From positions 395,622,001 through 395,686,000 of the forward strand of contig OZ024741.1 of the NCBI GenBank assembly GCA_964016885.1: 64,000 bases of DNA, given 5' to 3'. Shown in pieces: positions 43,340-57,700 of this stretch. The notes beneath the pieces were generated by a model. It had not been told where the DNA came from, searched no databases, and was given only the letters and a program-made list of their open reading frames with translations. The position numbers and the translations under genes are program-made. Numbering within the stretch: the stretch's first letter is position 1; every line of letters starts with the position of its first letter. The DNA is from Eledone cirrhosa (lineage: Eukaryota).

Positions 43340-46300
43340 TCTTGTTGTGAGTGTCATACAACTAACTATATTCTCTTGTTGTGAGTGTCATACAACTAGC
43401 TATATTCTCTTGTTGTGAGTCTCATACAACTAACTCTATTCTCTTGTTGTGAGTGTCATACAACTAACTATATTCTCTTGTTATCAGTGTCATACAACTA
43501 ACTGTATACTCTTGTTGTGAGTGTCATACTACTAACTATATACTCTTGTTGTGAGTGTCATACAACTAGCTATATTCTCTTGTTGTGAGTGTCATACAAC
43601 TAACTATATTCTCTTGTTGTGAGTGTCATACAACTAGCTATATTCTCTTGTTGTGAGTGTCATACAACTAACTATATTCTCTTGTTGTGAGTGTCATACA
43701 ACTAAATATATTCTCTTGTTGTGAGTGTCATAGAACTAACTATATGACCTTGTTGTGAGTCTCATACAACTAACTATATACTCTTGCTGTGAGTGTCATA
43801 CAACTAACTATATACTCTTGTTGTGAGTGTCATACAACTAACTATATGCTCTTGTTGCGAGTGTCATACAACTAACTATATATTCTTGTTGTGAGTGTCA
43901 TACAACTAACTATATACTCTTGTTGCGAGTGTCATACAACTAACTATATACTCTTGTTGTGAGTGTCATACAACTAGCTATATGCTCTTGTTGCGAGTGT
44001 CATACAACTAACTATATACTCTTGTTGTGAGTGTCATACCACTAACGATGTTCACTTGTTGCGAGTGTCATACAACTAACTATATACTCTTGTTGTGAGT
44101 GTCATACAACTAGCTATATGCTCTTGTTGTGAGTGTCATACAACTAACTATATTCTCTTGTTGTGAGTGTCATACAACTAACTATATACCCTTGTTGTGA
44201 GTGTCATACAACAAGCTATATTCTCATGTTGTGAGTGTCATACAACTAGCTATATTCTCTTGTTGTGAGTGTCATACAACTAGCTATATTCTCTTGTTAT
44301 GAGTGTCATACAACTAGCTATATTCTCTTGTTGTGAGTGTCATACAACTAGCTATATGCTCTTGTTGTGAATGTCATACAACAAGCTATATTCTCTTGTT
44401 GTGAGTGTCATACAACTAACTATATACTCTTGTTGTGAGTGTCATACAACTAACTATATTCTCTTGTTGTGAGTGTCATACAACTAGCTATATTCTCTTG
44501 TTGTGAGTGTCATACAACAAACTATATACTCTTGTTGTGATTGTCATACAACTAAATATATTCTCTTGTTGTGAGTGTCATACAACTAGCTATATGCTCT
44601 TGTTGTGAGTGTCATACAACTAACTATATACTCTTGTTATGAGTGTCATACAACTAGCTATATTCTCTTGTTGTGAGTGTCATACAACTAACTATATACT
44701 CTTGTTGTGAATGTCATACAACTAGCTATATACTCTTGTTGCCAGTGTCATACAACTAACTATATTCTCTTGTTGTGAGTGTCATACAACTAGTTATATG
44801 CTCTTGTTGCGAGTGTCATACAACTAACTATATTCTCTTGTTGTGAATGTCATACAACTAACTATATACTCTTGTTGCGAGTGTCATACAACTAACTATA
44901 TGCTCGTGTTGCGAGTATCATACAACTAACTATATACTCTTGTTCTGAGTGTCATACAACTAACTATATACTCTTGTTGCGAGTGTCATACAACTAACTA
45001 TATACTCTTGTTGTGAGTGTCATACAACTAACTATATTCTCTTGTTGTGAGTGTCATGCCACTAACTATATTCTCTTGTTGCGAGTGTCATACAACAAGC
45101 TATATTCTCTTGTTGTGAGTGTCATACAACTAACTATATTCTCTTGTTGTGAGTGTCATACAACTAACTATATTCTCTTGTTGTGAGTGTCATACAACTA
45201 GCTATATTCTCTTGTTGTGAGTGTCATACAACTAACTCTATTCTCTTGTTGTGAGTGTCATACAACTAACTCTATTCTCTTGTTGTGAGTGTCATACAAC
45301 TAACTATATTCTCTTGTTGTGAGTGTCATACAACTAGCTATATTCTCTTGTTGTGAGTGTCATACAACTAACTCTATTCTCTTGTTGTGAGTGTCATACA
45401 ACTAACTATATACTCTTGTTGTGAGTGCCATACAACTAGCTATATTCTCTTGTTGTGAGTGTCATACAACTAGCTATATTCTCTTGTTGTGAGTGTCATA
45501 CCACTAACTATATTCTCTTGTTGCGAGTGTCATACAACAAGCTATATTCTCTTGTTGTGAGTATCATACAACTAAATATATTCTCTTGTTGTGAGTGTCA
45601 TACAACTAACTCTATTCTCTTGTTGTGTATGTCATACAACTAGCTATATTCTCTTGTTGTGAGTGTCATACAACTAACTCTATTCTCTTGTTGTGTGTGT
45701 CATACAACTAACTATATTCTCTTGTTATCAGTGTCATACAACTAGCTATATTCACTTGTTGTGAGTGTCATACAACTAACTATACACTCTTGTTGTGATT
45801 GTCATACAACTAACAATATTCTCTTGTTGTGAGTGTCATACAACTAGCTATATGCTCTTGTTGTGAGTGTCATACAACTAACTATATACTCTTGTTATGA
45901 GTGTCATACAACTAGCTATATTTTCTTGTTGTGAGTGTCATGCAACTAACTATATACTCTTGTTGTGAATGTCATACAACTAGCTATATGCTCTTGTTGC
46001 CAGTGTCATACAACTAACTATATTCTCTTGTTGTGAGTGTCATACAACTAGCTATATGCTCTTGTCGTGAGTGTCATACAACTAACTATATACTCTTGTT
46101 GTGAGTGTCATACAACTAGCTATATGCTCTTGTTGCGAGTGTCATACAACTAACTATATACTCTTGTTGTGAATGACATACAACTAACTATATACTCTTG
46201 TTGTGAGTGTCATACAACTAACTATATGCTCTTGTTTCGAGTATCATACAACTAACTATATACTCTTGTTGTGAGTGTCATACAACTAACTATATACACT

Positions 46301-46540
46301 TGTTGCGAGTGTCATACAAGTAACTATATACTCTTGTTGTGACTGTCATACAACTAGCTATATGCTCTTGTTGCGAGTGTCATACAACTAACTATATACT
46401 CTTGTTGTGAGTGTCATACAACTAACTATATTCTCTTGTTGTGAGTGTCATACAACTAGCTATATTCTCTTGTTGTGCGTGTCATACTACTAACTATATT
46501 CTCTTGTTTCGAGTGTCATACAACTAACTATATACTCTTG
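43340..46540. repeat. Higher-order block B, copy 2
   Basis: Same ordered rare variants as 8090-11290 at offset 35252. Confidence 0.88.
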
Positions 46541-49500
46541 TTGTGAGTGTCATACAACTAACTATATTCACTTGTTGCGAGTGTCATACAACAAGCTATA
46601 TTCTCTTGTTGTGAGTGTCATAAAACTAACTATATTCTCTTGTTGTGAGTGTCATACAACTAACTATATTCTCTTGTTGTGAGTGTCATACAACTAACTA
46701 TATTCTCTTGTTGTGAGTGTCATACAACTAACTATATTCTCTTGTTGTGAGTGTCATACAACTAGCTATATTTCTTGTTGTGAGTGTCATACAACTAACT
46801 CTATTCTCTTGTTGTGAGTGTCATACAACTAAATATATTCTCTTGTTGTGAGTGTCATACAACTAGCTATATTCTCTTGTTGTGATTGTCATACAACTAA
46901 CTATATTCTCTTGTTGTGAGTGTCATACAACTAGCTATATTCCCTGTTGTGAGTGTCATACAACTAACTATATTCTCTTGTTGTGAGTGTCATACAACTA
47001 ACTATATTCTCTTGTTGTGAGTGTCATACAACTAACTATATGCTCTTGTTGTGAGTGTCATACAACTAACTATATTCGCTTGTTGTGAGTGTCATACAAC
47101 TAACTATATACTCTTGTTGTGAGTGTCATGCAACAAGCTATATTCTCTTGTTGTGAGTGTCATACAACGAGCTATATTCTCTTGTCGTGAGTGTCATACA
47201 ACTAGCTATATGCTCTTGTGAATGTCATACAACAAGCTATATTCTCTTGTTGTGTGTGTCATACAACTAGCTATATTCTCTTGTTGTGAGTGTCATACAT
47301 CTAACTATATTCTCTTGTTGTGAGTGTCATATAACTAACTATATTCTCTTGTTGTGTGTGTCATACAACTAACAATATTCTCTTGTTGTGAGTGTCATAC
47401 AACTAGCTATATACTCTTGTTGTGAGTGTCATACAACTAACTATATTCTCTTGTTGTGAGTGTCATACCACTAACTATATTCTCTTGTTGCGAGTGTCAT
47501 ACAACAAGCTATATTCTCTTGTTGTGAGCATCATACAACTAAATATATTCTCTTGTTGTGAGTGTCATACAACTAACTCTATTCTCTTGTTGTGTATGTC
47601 ATACAACTAGCTATATTCTCTTGTTGTGAGTATCATACAACTAACTCTATTCTCTTGTTGTGTGTGTCATACAACTAACTATATTCTCTTGTTATCAGTG
47701 TCATATAACTAGTTATATTCACTTGTTGTGAGTGTCATACAACTAACTATACACTCTTGTTGTGATTGTCATACAACTAACAATATTCTCTTGTTGTGAG
47801 TGTCATACAACTAGCTATATGCTCTTGTTGTGAGTGTCATACAACTAACTATATTCGCTTGTTGTGAGTGTCATACAACTAACTATATACTCTTGTTGTG
47901 AGTGTCATGCAACAAGCTATATTCTCTTGTTGTGAGTGTCATACAACGAGCTATATTCTCTTGTCGTGAGTGTCATACAACTAGCTATATGCTCTTGTCG
48001 TGAATGTCATACAACAAGCTATATTCTCTTGTTGTGAGTGTCATACAACTAGCTATATTCTCTTGTTGTGAGTGTCATACAACTAACTATATTCTCTTGT
48101 TGTGAGTGTCATATAACTAACTATATTCTCTTGTTGTGTGTGTCATACAACTAACTATATTCTCTTGTTGTGAGTGTCATGCAACAAGCTATATTCTCTT
48201 GTTGTGAGTGTCATATAACTAGCTATATTCTCTTGTTGTGAGTGTCATACAACTAAATCTATTCTCTTGTTGTGAGTGTCATACAACTAGCTATATTCTC
48301 TTGTTGTGAGTTTCAAACAACTAAATCTATTCTCTTGTTGTGAGTGTCATACAACTAACTATATTCTCTTGTTATCAGTGTCATACAACCAACTATATAC
48401 TCTTGTTGTGAGTGTCATACAACTAACTATATACTCTTGTTGTGAGTGTCATACAACTAGCTATATTCTCTTGTTGTGATTGTCATACAACTAACTATAT
48501 TCTCTTGTTGTGAGTGTCATACAACTAGCTATATTCCCTGTTGTGAGTGTCATACAACTAACTATATTCTCTTGTTGTGAGTGTCATACAACTAACTATA
48601 TTCTCTTGTTGTGAGTGTCATACAACTAACTATATGCTCTTGTTGTGAGTGTCATACAACTAACTATATTCGCTTGTTGTGAGTGTCATACAACTAACTA
48701 TATACTCATGTTGTGAGTGTCATGCAACAAGCTATATTCTCTTGTTGTGAGTGTCATACAACGAGCTATATTCTCTTGTCGTGAGTGTCATACAACTAGC
48801 TATATGCTCTTGTCGTGAATGTCATACAACAAGCTATATTCTCTTGTTGTGAGTGTCATACAACTAGCTATATTCTCTTGTTGTGAGTGTCATACAACTA
48901 ACTATATTCTCTTGTTGTGAGTGTCATATAACTAACTATATTCTCTTGTTGTGTGTGTCATACAACTAACTATATTCTCTTGTTGTGAGTGTCATACAAC
49001 TAGCTATATACTCTTGTTGTGAGTGTCATACAACTATCTATATTCTCTTGTTGTGAGTGTCATACAACTAACTATATTCTCTTGTTGTGAGTGTCATACA
49101 ACTAACTATATTCTCTTGTTGTGCGTGTCATACAACTAGCTATATTCTCTTCTTGTGAGTGTCATACAACTAGTTATATGCTCTTGTTGTGAATGTCATA
49201 CAACAAGCTATATTCTCTTGTTGTGAGTGTCATACAACTAGCTATATTCTCTTGTTGTGAGTGTCATACAACTAGCTATATGCTCTTGTTGTGAATGTCA
49301 TACAACAAGCTATATTCTCTTGTTGTGAGTGTCATACAACTAACTATATACTCTTGTTGTGAGTGTCATACAACTAACTATATTCCCTTGTTGTGAGTGT
49401 CATACAACTAGCTATATTCTCTTGTTGTGAGTGTCATACAACTAACTATATACTCTTGTTGTGATTGTCATACAACTAACTATATTCTCTTGTTGTGAGT

Positions 49501-52500
49501 GTCATACAACTAGCTATATGCTCTTGTTGTGAGTGTCATACAACTAACTATATACTCTTGTTATGAGTGTCATACAACGAGCTATATTCTCTTGTTGTGA
49601 GTGTCATACAACTAACTATATACTCTTGTTGTGAATGTCATATAACTAGCTATATGCTCTTGTTGCCAGTGTCATACAATTAACTATATTCTCTTGTTGT
49701 GAGTGTCATACAACTAGCTATATGCTCTTGTTGTGAGTGTCATACAACTAGATATATTCTCTTGTTGTGAGTGTCATACAACTAACTATATGCTCTTGTT
49801 GTGAGTGTCATACAACTAACTATATACTCTTGTTGTGAGTGTCATACAACTAGCTATATGCTCTTGTTGTGAGTGTCATACCACTAACTATATTTTCTTG
49901 TTGCGAGTGTCATACAACAAGCTATATTCTCTTGTTGAGAGTATCATACAACTAACTATATTCTCTTGTTGTGAGTGTCATACAACTAACTTTATTCTCT
50001 TGTTGTGAGTGTCATACAACTAGCTATATTCTCTTGTTGTGAGTGTCATACAACTAACTCTATTCTCTTGTTGTGAGTGTCATACAACTAACTATATTCT
50101 CTTGTTGTGAGTGTCATACAACTAACTATATTCTCTTGTTGTGAGTGTCATACAACTAGCTATATTCTCTTGTTGTGAGTGTCATACAACTAACTCTATT
50201 CTCTTGTTGTGAGTGTCATACAACTAACTATATACTCTTGTTGTGAGTGTCATACAACTAACTATATTCTCTTGTTGTGAGTGTCATACCACTAACTATA
50301 TTCTCTTGTTGCGAGTGTCATACAACAAGCTATATTCTCTTGTTGTGAGTATCATACAACTAAATATATTCTCTTGTTGTGAGTGTCATACAACTAACTC
50401 TATTCTCTTGTTGTGTATGTCATACAACTAGCTATATTCTCTTGTTGTGAGTATCATACAACTAACTCTATTCTCTTGTTGTGTGTGTCATACAACTAAC
50501 TATATTCTCTTGTTATCAGTGTCATATAACTAGTTATATTCACTTGTTGTGAGTGTCATACAACTAACTATACACTCTTGTTGTGATTGTCATACAACTA
50601 ACAATATTCTCTTGTTGTGAGTGTCATACAACTAGCTATATGCTCTTGTTGTGAGTGTCATACAACTAGCTATATGCTCTTGTTGTGAGTGTCATACAAC
50701 TAACTATATTCGCTTGTTGTGAGTGTCATACAACTAACTATATACTCTTGTTGTGAGTGTCATGCAACAAGCTATATTCTCTTGTTGTGAGTGTCATACA
50801 ACGAGCTATATTCTCTTGTCGTGAGTGTCATACAACTAGCTATATGCTCTTGTCGTGAATGTCATACAACAAGCTATATTCTCTTGTTGTGAGTGTCATA
50901 CAACTAGCTATATTCTCTTGTTGTGAGTGTCATACAACTAACTATATTCTCTTGTTGTGAGTGTCATATAACTAACTATATTCTCTTGTTGTGTGTGTCA
51001 TACAACTAACTATATTCTCTTGTTGTGAGTGTCATACAACTAGCTATATACTCTTGTTGTGAGTGTCATACAACTAACTATATTCTCTTGTTGTAAGTGT
51101 CATACAACTAACTATATTCTCTTGTTGTGAGTGTCATACAACTAACTATATTCTCTTGTTGTGCGTGTCATACAACTAGCTATATTCTCTTCTTGTGAGT
51201 GTCATACAACTAGCTATATTCTCTTGTTGTGAGTGTCATACAACTAACTATATACTCTTTTTGTGATTGTCATACAACTAACTATATTCTCTTGTTGTGA
51301 GTGTCATACAACTAGCTATATGCTCTTGTCGTGAGTGTCATACAACTAACTATATACTCTTGTTGTGAGTGTCATACAAATAGCTATATGCTCTTGTTGC
51401 GAGTGTCATACAACTAACTATATACTCTTGTTGTGAATGTCATACAACTAACTATATACTCTTGTTGTGAGTGTCATACAACTAACTATATGCTCTTGTT
51501 TCGAGTATCATACAACTAACTATATACTCTTGTTGTGAGTGTCATACAACTAACTATATACACTTGTTGCGAGTGTCATACAAGTAACTATATACTCTTG
51601 TTGTGACTGTCATACAACTAGCTATATGCTCTTGTTGCGAGTGTCATACAACTAACTATATACTCTTGTTGTGAGTGTCATACAACTAACTATATTCTCT
51701 TGTTGTGAGTGTCATACAATTAGCTATATTCTCTTGTTGTGCGTGTCATACTACTAACTATATTCTCTTGTTTCGAGTGTCATACAACTAACTATATACT
51801 CTTGTTGTGAGTGTCATACAACTAACTATATTCACTTGTTGCGAGTGTCATACAACAAGCTATATTCTCTTGTTGTGAGTGTCATAAAACTAACTATATT
51901 CTCTTGTTGTGAGTGTCATACAACTAACTATACTCTCTTGTTGTGAGTGTCAAACAACTAAATATATTCTCTTGTTGTGAGTGTCATACAACTAACTATA
52001 TTCTCTTGTTGTGAGTGTCATACAACTAGCTATATTTCTTGTTGTGAGTGTCATACAACTAACTCTATTCTCTTGTTGTGAGTGTCATACAACTAACTAT
52101 ATTCTCTTGTTGTGAGTGTCATACAACTAGCTATATTCTCTTGTTGTGATTGTCATACAACTAACTATATTCTCTTGTTGTGAGTGTCATACAACTAGCT
52201 ATATTCCCTGTTGTGAGTGTCATACAACTAACTATATTCTCTTGTTGTGAGTGTCATACAACTAACTATATTCTCTTGTTGTGAGTGTCATACGACTAAA
52301 TATATGCTCTTGTTGTGAGTGTCATACAACTAACTATATTCGCTTGTTGTGAGTGTCATACAACTAACTATATACTCTTGTTGTGAGTGTCATGCAACAA
52401 GCTATATTCTCTTGTTGTGAGTGTCATACAACGAGCTATATTCTCTTGTCGTGAGTGTCATACAACTAGCTATATGCTCTTGTTGTGAATGTCATACAAC

Positions 52501-53759
52501 AAGCTATATTCTCTTGTTGTGTGTGTCATACAACTAGCTATATTCTCTTGTTGTGAGTGTCATACAACTAACTATATTCTCTTGTTGTGAGTGTCATATA
52601 ACTAAATATATTCTCTTGTTGTGTGTGTCATACAACTAACTATATTCTCTTGTTGTGAGTGTCATACAACTAGCTATATTCTCTTGTTGTGAGTGTCATA
52701 CAACTAGCTATATTCTCTTGTTGTGAGTGTCATACAACTAAATCTATTCTCTTGTTGTGAGTGTCATACAACTAGCTATATTCTCTTGTTGTGAGTTTCA
52801 TACAACTAAATCTATTCTCTTGTTGTGAGTGTCATACAACTAACTATATTCTCTTGTTATCAGTGTCATACAACTAACTATATACTCTTGTTGTGAGTGT
52901 CATACAACTAACTATATACTCTTGTTGTGAGTGTCATACAACTAGCTATATTCTCTTGTTGTGATTGTCATACAACTAACTATATTCTCTTGTTGTGAGT
53001 GTCATACAACTAGCTATATTCCTTGTTGTGAGTGTCATACAACTAACTATATTCTCTTGTTGTGAGTGTCATACAACTAACTATATTCTCTTGTTGTGAG
53101 TGTCATACAACTAAATATATGCTCTTGTTGTGAGTGTCATACAACTAACTATATTCGCTTGTTGTGAGTGTCATACAACTAACTATATACTCTTGTTGTG
53201 AGTGTCATGCAACAAGCTATATTCTCTTGTTGTGAGTGTCATACAACTAGCTATATTCTCTTGTTGTGAGTGTCATACAACTAACTATATTCTCTTGTTG
53301 TGAGTGTCATATAACTAACTATATTCTCTTGTTGTGTGTGTCATACAACTAACTATATTCTCTTGTTGTGAGTGTCATACAACTAGCTATATACTCTTGT
53401 TGTGAGTGTCATACAACTAACTATATTCTCTTGTTGTGAGTGTCATACAACTAACTATATTCTCTTGTTGTGAGTGTCATACAACTAACTATATTCTCTT
53501 GTTGTGCGTGTCATACAACTAGCTATATTCTCTTCTTGTGAGTGTCATACAACTAACTCTATTCTCTTGTTGTGAGTGTCATAGAACTAACTATATGACC
53601 TTGTTGTGAATGTCATACAACAAGCTATATTCTCTTGTTGTGAGTGTCATACAACTAACTATATACTCTTGTTGTGAGTGTCATACAACTAACTATATTC
53701 TCTTGTTGTGAGTGTCATAGAACTAACTATATGACCTTGTTGTGAGTGTCATACAACTA

Positions 53760-54700
53760 ACTATATACTCTTGTTGTGAATGTCATATAACTAGCTATAT
53801 GCTCTTGTTGCCAGTGTCATACAATTAACTATATTCTCTTGTTGTGAGTGTCATACAACTAGCTATATGCTCTTGTTGTGAGTGTCATACAACTAGATAT
53901 ATTCTCTTGTTGTGAGTGTCATACAACTAACTATATGCTCTTGTTGTGAGTGTCATACAACTAACTATATACTCTTGTTGTGAGTGTCATACAACTAGCT
54001 ATATGCTCTTGTTGTGAGTGTCATACCACTAACTATATTCTCTTGTTGCGAGTGTCATACAACAAGCTATATTCTCTTGTTGTGAGTGTCATACAACTAA
54101 CTATATTCTCTTGTTGTGAGTGTCATACAACTAACTTTATTCTGTTGTTGTGAGTGTCATACAACTAGCTATATTCTCTTGTTGTGAGTGTCATACAACT
54201 AACTCTATTCTATTGTTGTGAGTGTCATACAACTAACTATATTCTCTTGTTGTGAGTGTCATACAACTAACTATATTCTCTTGTTGTGAGTGTCATACAA
54301 CTAGCTATATTCTCTTGTTGTGAGTGTCATACAACTAACTCTATTCTCTTGTTGTGAGTGTCATACAACTAACTATATACTCTTGTTGTGAGTGTCATAC
54401 AACTAACTATATTCTCTTGTCGTGAGTATCATACAACTAGCTATATGCTCTTGTCGTGAATGTCATACAACAAGCTATATTCTCTTGTTGTGAGTGTCAT
54501 ACAACTAGCTATATTCTCTTGTTGTGAGTGTCATACAACTAAGTATATTCTCTTGTTGTGAGTGTCATATAACTAACTATATTCTCTTGTTGTGTGTGTC
54601 ATACAACTAACTATATTCTCTTGTTGTGAGTGTCATACAACTAGCTATATACTCTTGTTGTGAGTGTCATACAACTAACTATATTCTCTTGTTGTGAGTG
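53760..54700. repeat. ~0.9 kb block duplicated at about 58690-59640
   Basis: TCTGTTGTTG at 54141/59071 and TATTGTTGTG at 54211/59141; offset 4930 = 145x34. Confidence 0.8.
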
Positions 54701-57700
54701 TCATAGAACTAACTATATGACCTTGTTGTGAGTCTCATACAACTAACTATATACTCTTGCTGTGAGTGTCATACAACTAGCTATATGCTCTTGTTGTGAA
54801 TGTCATACAACAAGCTATATTCTCTTGTTGTGAGTGTCATACAACTAACTATATACTCTTGTTGTGAGTGTCATACAACTAACTATATTCTCTTGTTGTG
54901 AGTGTCATAAAACTAGCTATATTCTCTTGTTGTGAGTGTCATACAACTAACTATATACTCTTGTTGTGATTGTCATACAACTAACTATATTCTCTTGTTG
55001 TGAGTGTCATACAACTAGCTATATGCTCTTGTTGTGAGTGTCATACAACTAACTATATACTCTTGTTATGAGTGTCATACAACTAGCTATATTCTCTTGT
55101 TGTGAGTGTCATACAACTAACTATATACTCTTGTTGTGAGTCTCATACAACTAACTATATACTCTTGCTGTGAGTGTCATACAACTAGCTATATGCTCTT
55201 GTTGTGAATGTCATACAACTAGCTATATTCTCTTGTTGTGAGTGTCATACAACTAAGTATATACTCTTGTTGTGATTGTCATACAACTAACTATATTCTC
55301 TTGTTGTGAGTGTCATACAACTAGCTATATGCTCTTGTTGTGAGTGTCATACAACTAACTATATACTCTTGTTATGAGTGTCATACAACTAGCTATATTC
55401 TCTTGTTGTGAGTGTCATAAAACTAACTATATACTCTTGTTGTGAATGTCATATAACTAGCTATATGCTCTTGTTGCCAGTGTCATACAATTAACTATAT
55501 TCTCTTGTTGTGAGTGTCATACAACTAGCTATATGCTCTTGTTGTGAGTGTCATACAACTAACTATATACTCTTGTTGTGAGTGTCATACAACTAGCTAT
55601 ATGCTCTTGTTGTGAGTGTCATATCACTAACTATATTCTCTTGTTGCGAGTGTCATACAACAAGGTATATTCTCTTGTTGTGAGTGTCATACAACTAACT
55701 ATATTCTCTTGTTGTGAGTGTCATACAACTAACTTTATTCTCTTGTTGTGAGTGTCATACAACTAGCTATATTCTCTTGTTGTGAGTGTCATACAACTAA
55801 CTATATTCTCTTGTTGTGAGTGTCATACAACTAGCTATATTCTCTTGTTGTGAGTGTCATACAACTAACTCTATTCTGTTGTTGTGAGTGTCATACAACT
55901 AACTATATACTCTTGTTGTGAATGTCATACAACTAACTATATTCTCTTGTTGTGAGTGTCATACAACTAGCTATATTCTCTTGTTGTGAGTGTCATACAA
56001 CTAGATATATTCTCTTGTTGTGAGTGTCATACAACTAACTATATTCTCTTGTTGTGAGTGTCATACAACTAGATATATTCTCTTGTTGTGAGTGTCATAC
56101 AACTAACTATATGCTCTTGTTGTGAGTGTCATACAACTAACTATATACTCTTGTTGTGAGTGTCATACAACTAGCTATATGCTCTTGTTGTGAGTGTCAT
56201 ACCACTAACTATATTCTCTTGTTGCGAGTGTCATACAACAAGGTATATTCTCTTGTTGTGAGTGTCATACAACTAACTATATTCTCTTGTTGTGAGTGTC
56301 ATACAACTAACTTTATTCTCTTGTTGTGAGTGTCATACAACTAGCTATATTCTCTTGTTGTGAGTGTCATACAACTAACTATATTCTCTTGTTGTGAGTG
56401 TCATACAACTAGCTATATTCTCTTGTTGTGAGTGTCATACAACTAACTCTATTCTCTTGTTGTGAGTGTCATACAACTAACTATATACTCTTGTTGTGAA
56501 TGTCATACAACTAACTATATTCTCTTGTTGTGAGTGTCATACAACTAGCTATATTCTCTTGTTGTGAGTGTCATACCACTAACTATATTCTCTTGTTGTG
56601 AGTGTCATACAACTAACTATATTCTCTTGTTGTGAGTGTCATACAACTAACTATATTCTCTTGTTGTGCGTGTCATACAACTAGCTATATTCTCTTCTTG
56701 TGAGTGTCATACAACTAGTTATATGCTCTTGTTGTGAATGTCATACAACAAGCTATATTCTCGTGTTGTGAGTGTCATACAACTAGCTATATTCTCTTGT
56801 TGTGAGTGTCATACAACTAGCTATATGCTCTTGTTGTGAATGTCATACAACAAGCTATATTCTCTTGTTGTGAGTGTCATACAACTAACTATATACTCTT
56901 GTTGTGAGTGTCATACAACTAACTATATTCTCTTGTTGTGAGTGTCATACAACTAGCTATATTCTCTTGTTGTGAGTGTCATACAACTAACTATATACTC
57001 TTGTTGTGATTGTCATACAACTAACTATATTCTCTTGTTGTGAGTGTCATACAACTAGCTATATGCTCTTGTTGTGAGTGTCATACAACTAACTATATAC
57101 TCTTGTTATGAGTGTCATACAACTAGCTATATTCTCTTGTTGTGAGTGTCATACAACTAACTATATACTCTTGTTGTGAATGTCATATAACTAGCTATAT
57201 GCTCTTGTTGCCAGTGTCATACAATTAACTATATTCTCTTGTTGTGAGTGTCATACAACTAGCTATATGCTCTTGTTGTGAGTGTCATACAACTAGATAT
57301 ATTCTCTTGTTGTGAGTGTCATACAACTAACTATATGCTCTTGTTGTGAGTGTCATACAACTAACTATATACTCTTGTTGTGAGTGTCATACAACTAGCT
57401 ATATGCTCTTGTTGTGAGTGTCATACCACTAACTATATTCTCTTGTTGCGAGTGTCATACAACAAGCTATATTCTCTTGTTGTGAGTGTCATACAACTAA
57501 CTATATTCTCTTGTTGTGAGTGTCATACAACTAACTTTATTCTCTTGTTGTGAGTGTCATACAACTAGCTATATTCTCTTGTTGTGAGTGTCATACAACT
57601 AACTCTATTCTCTTGTTGTGAGTGTCATACAACTAACTATATTCTCTTGTTGTGAGTGTCATACAACTAACAATATTCTCTTGTTGTGAGTGTCATACAA

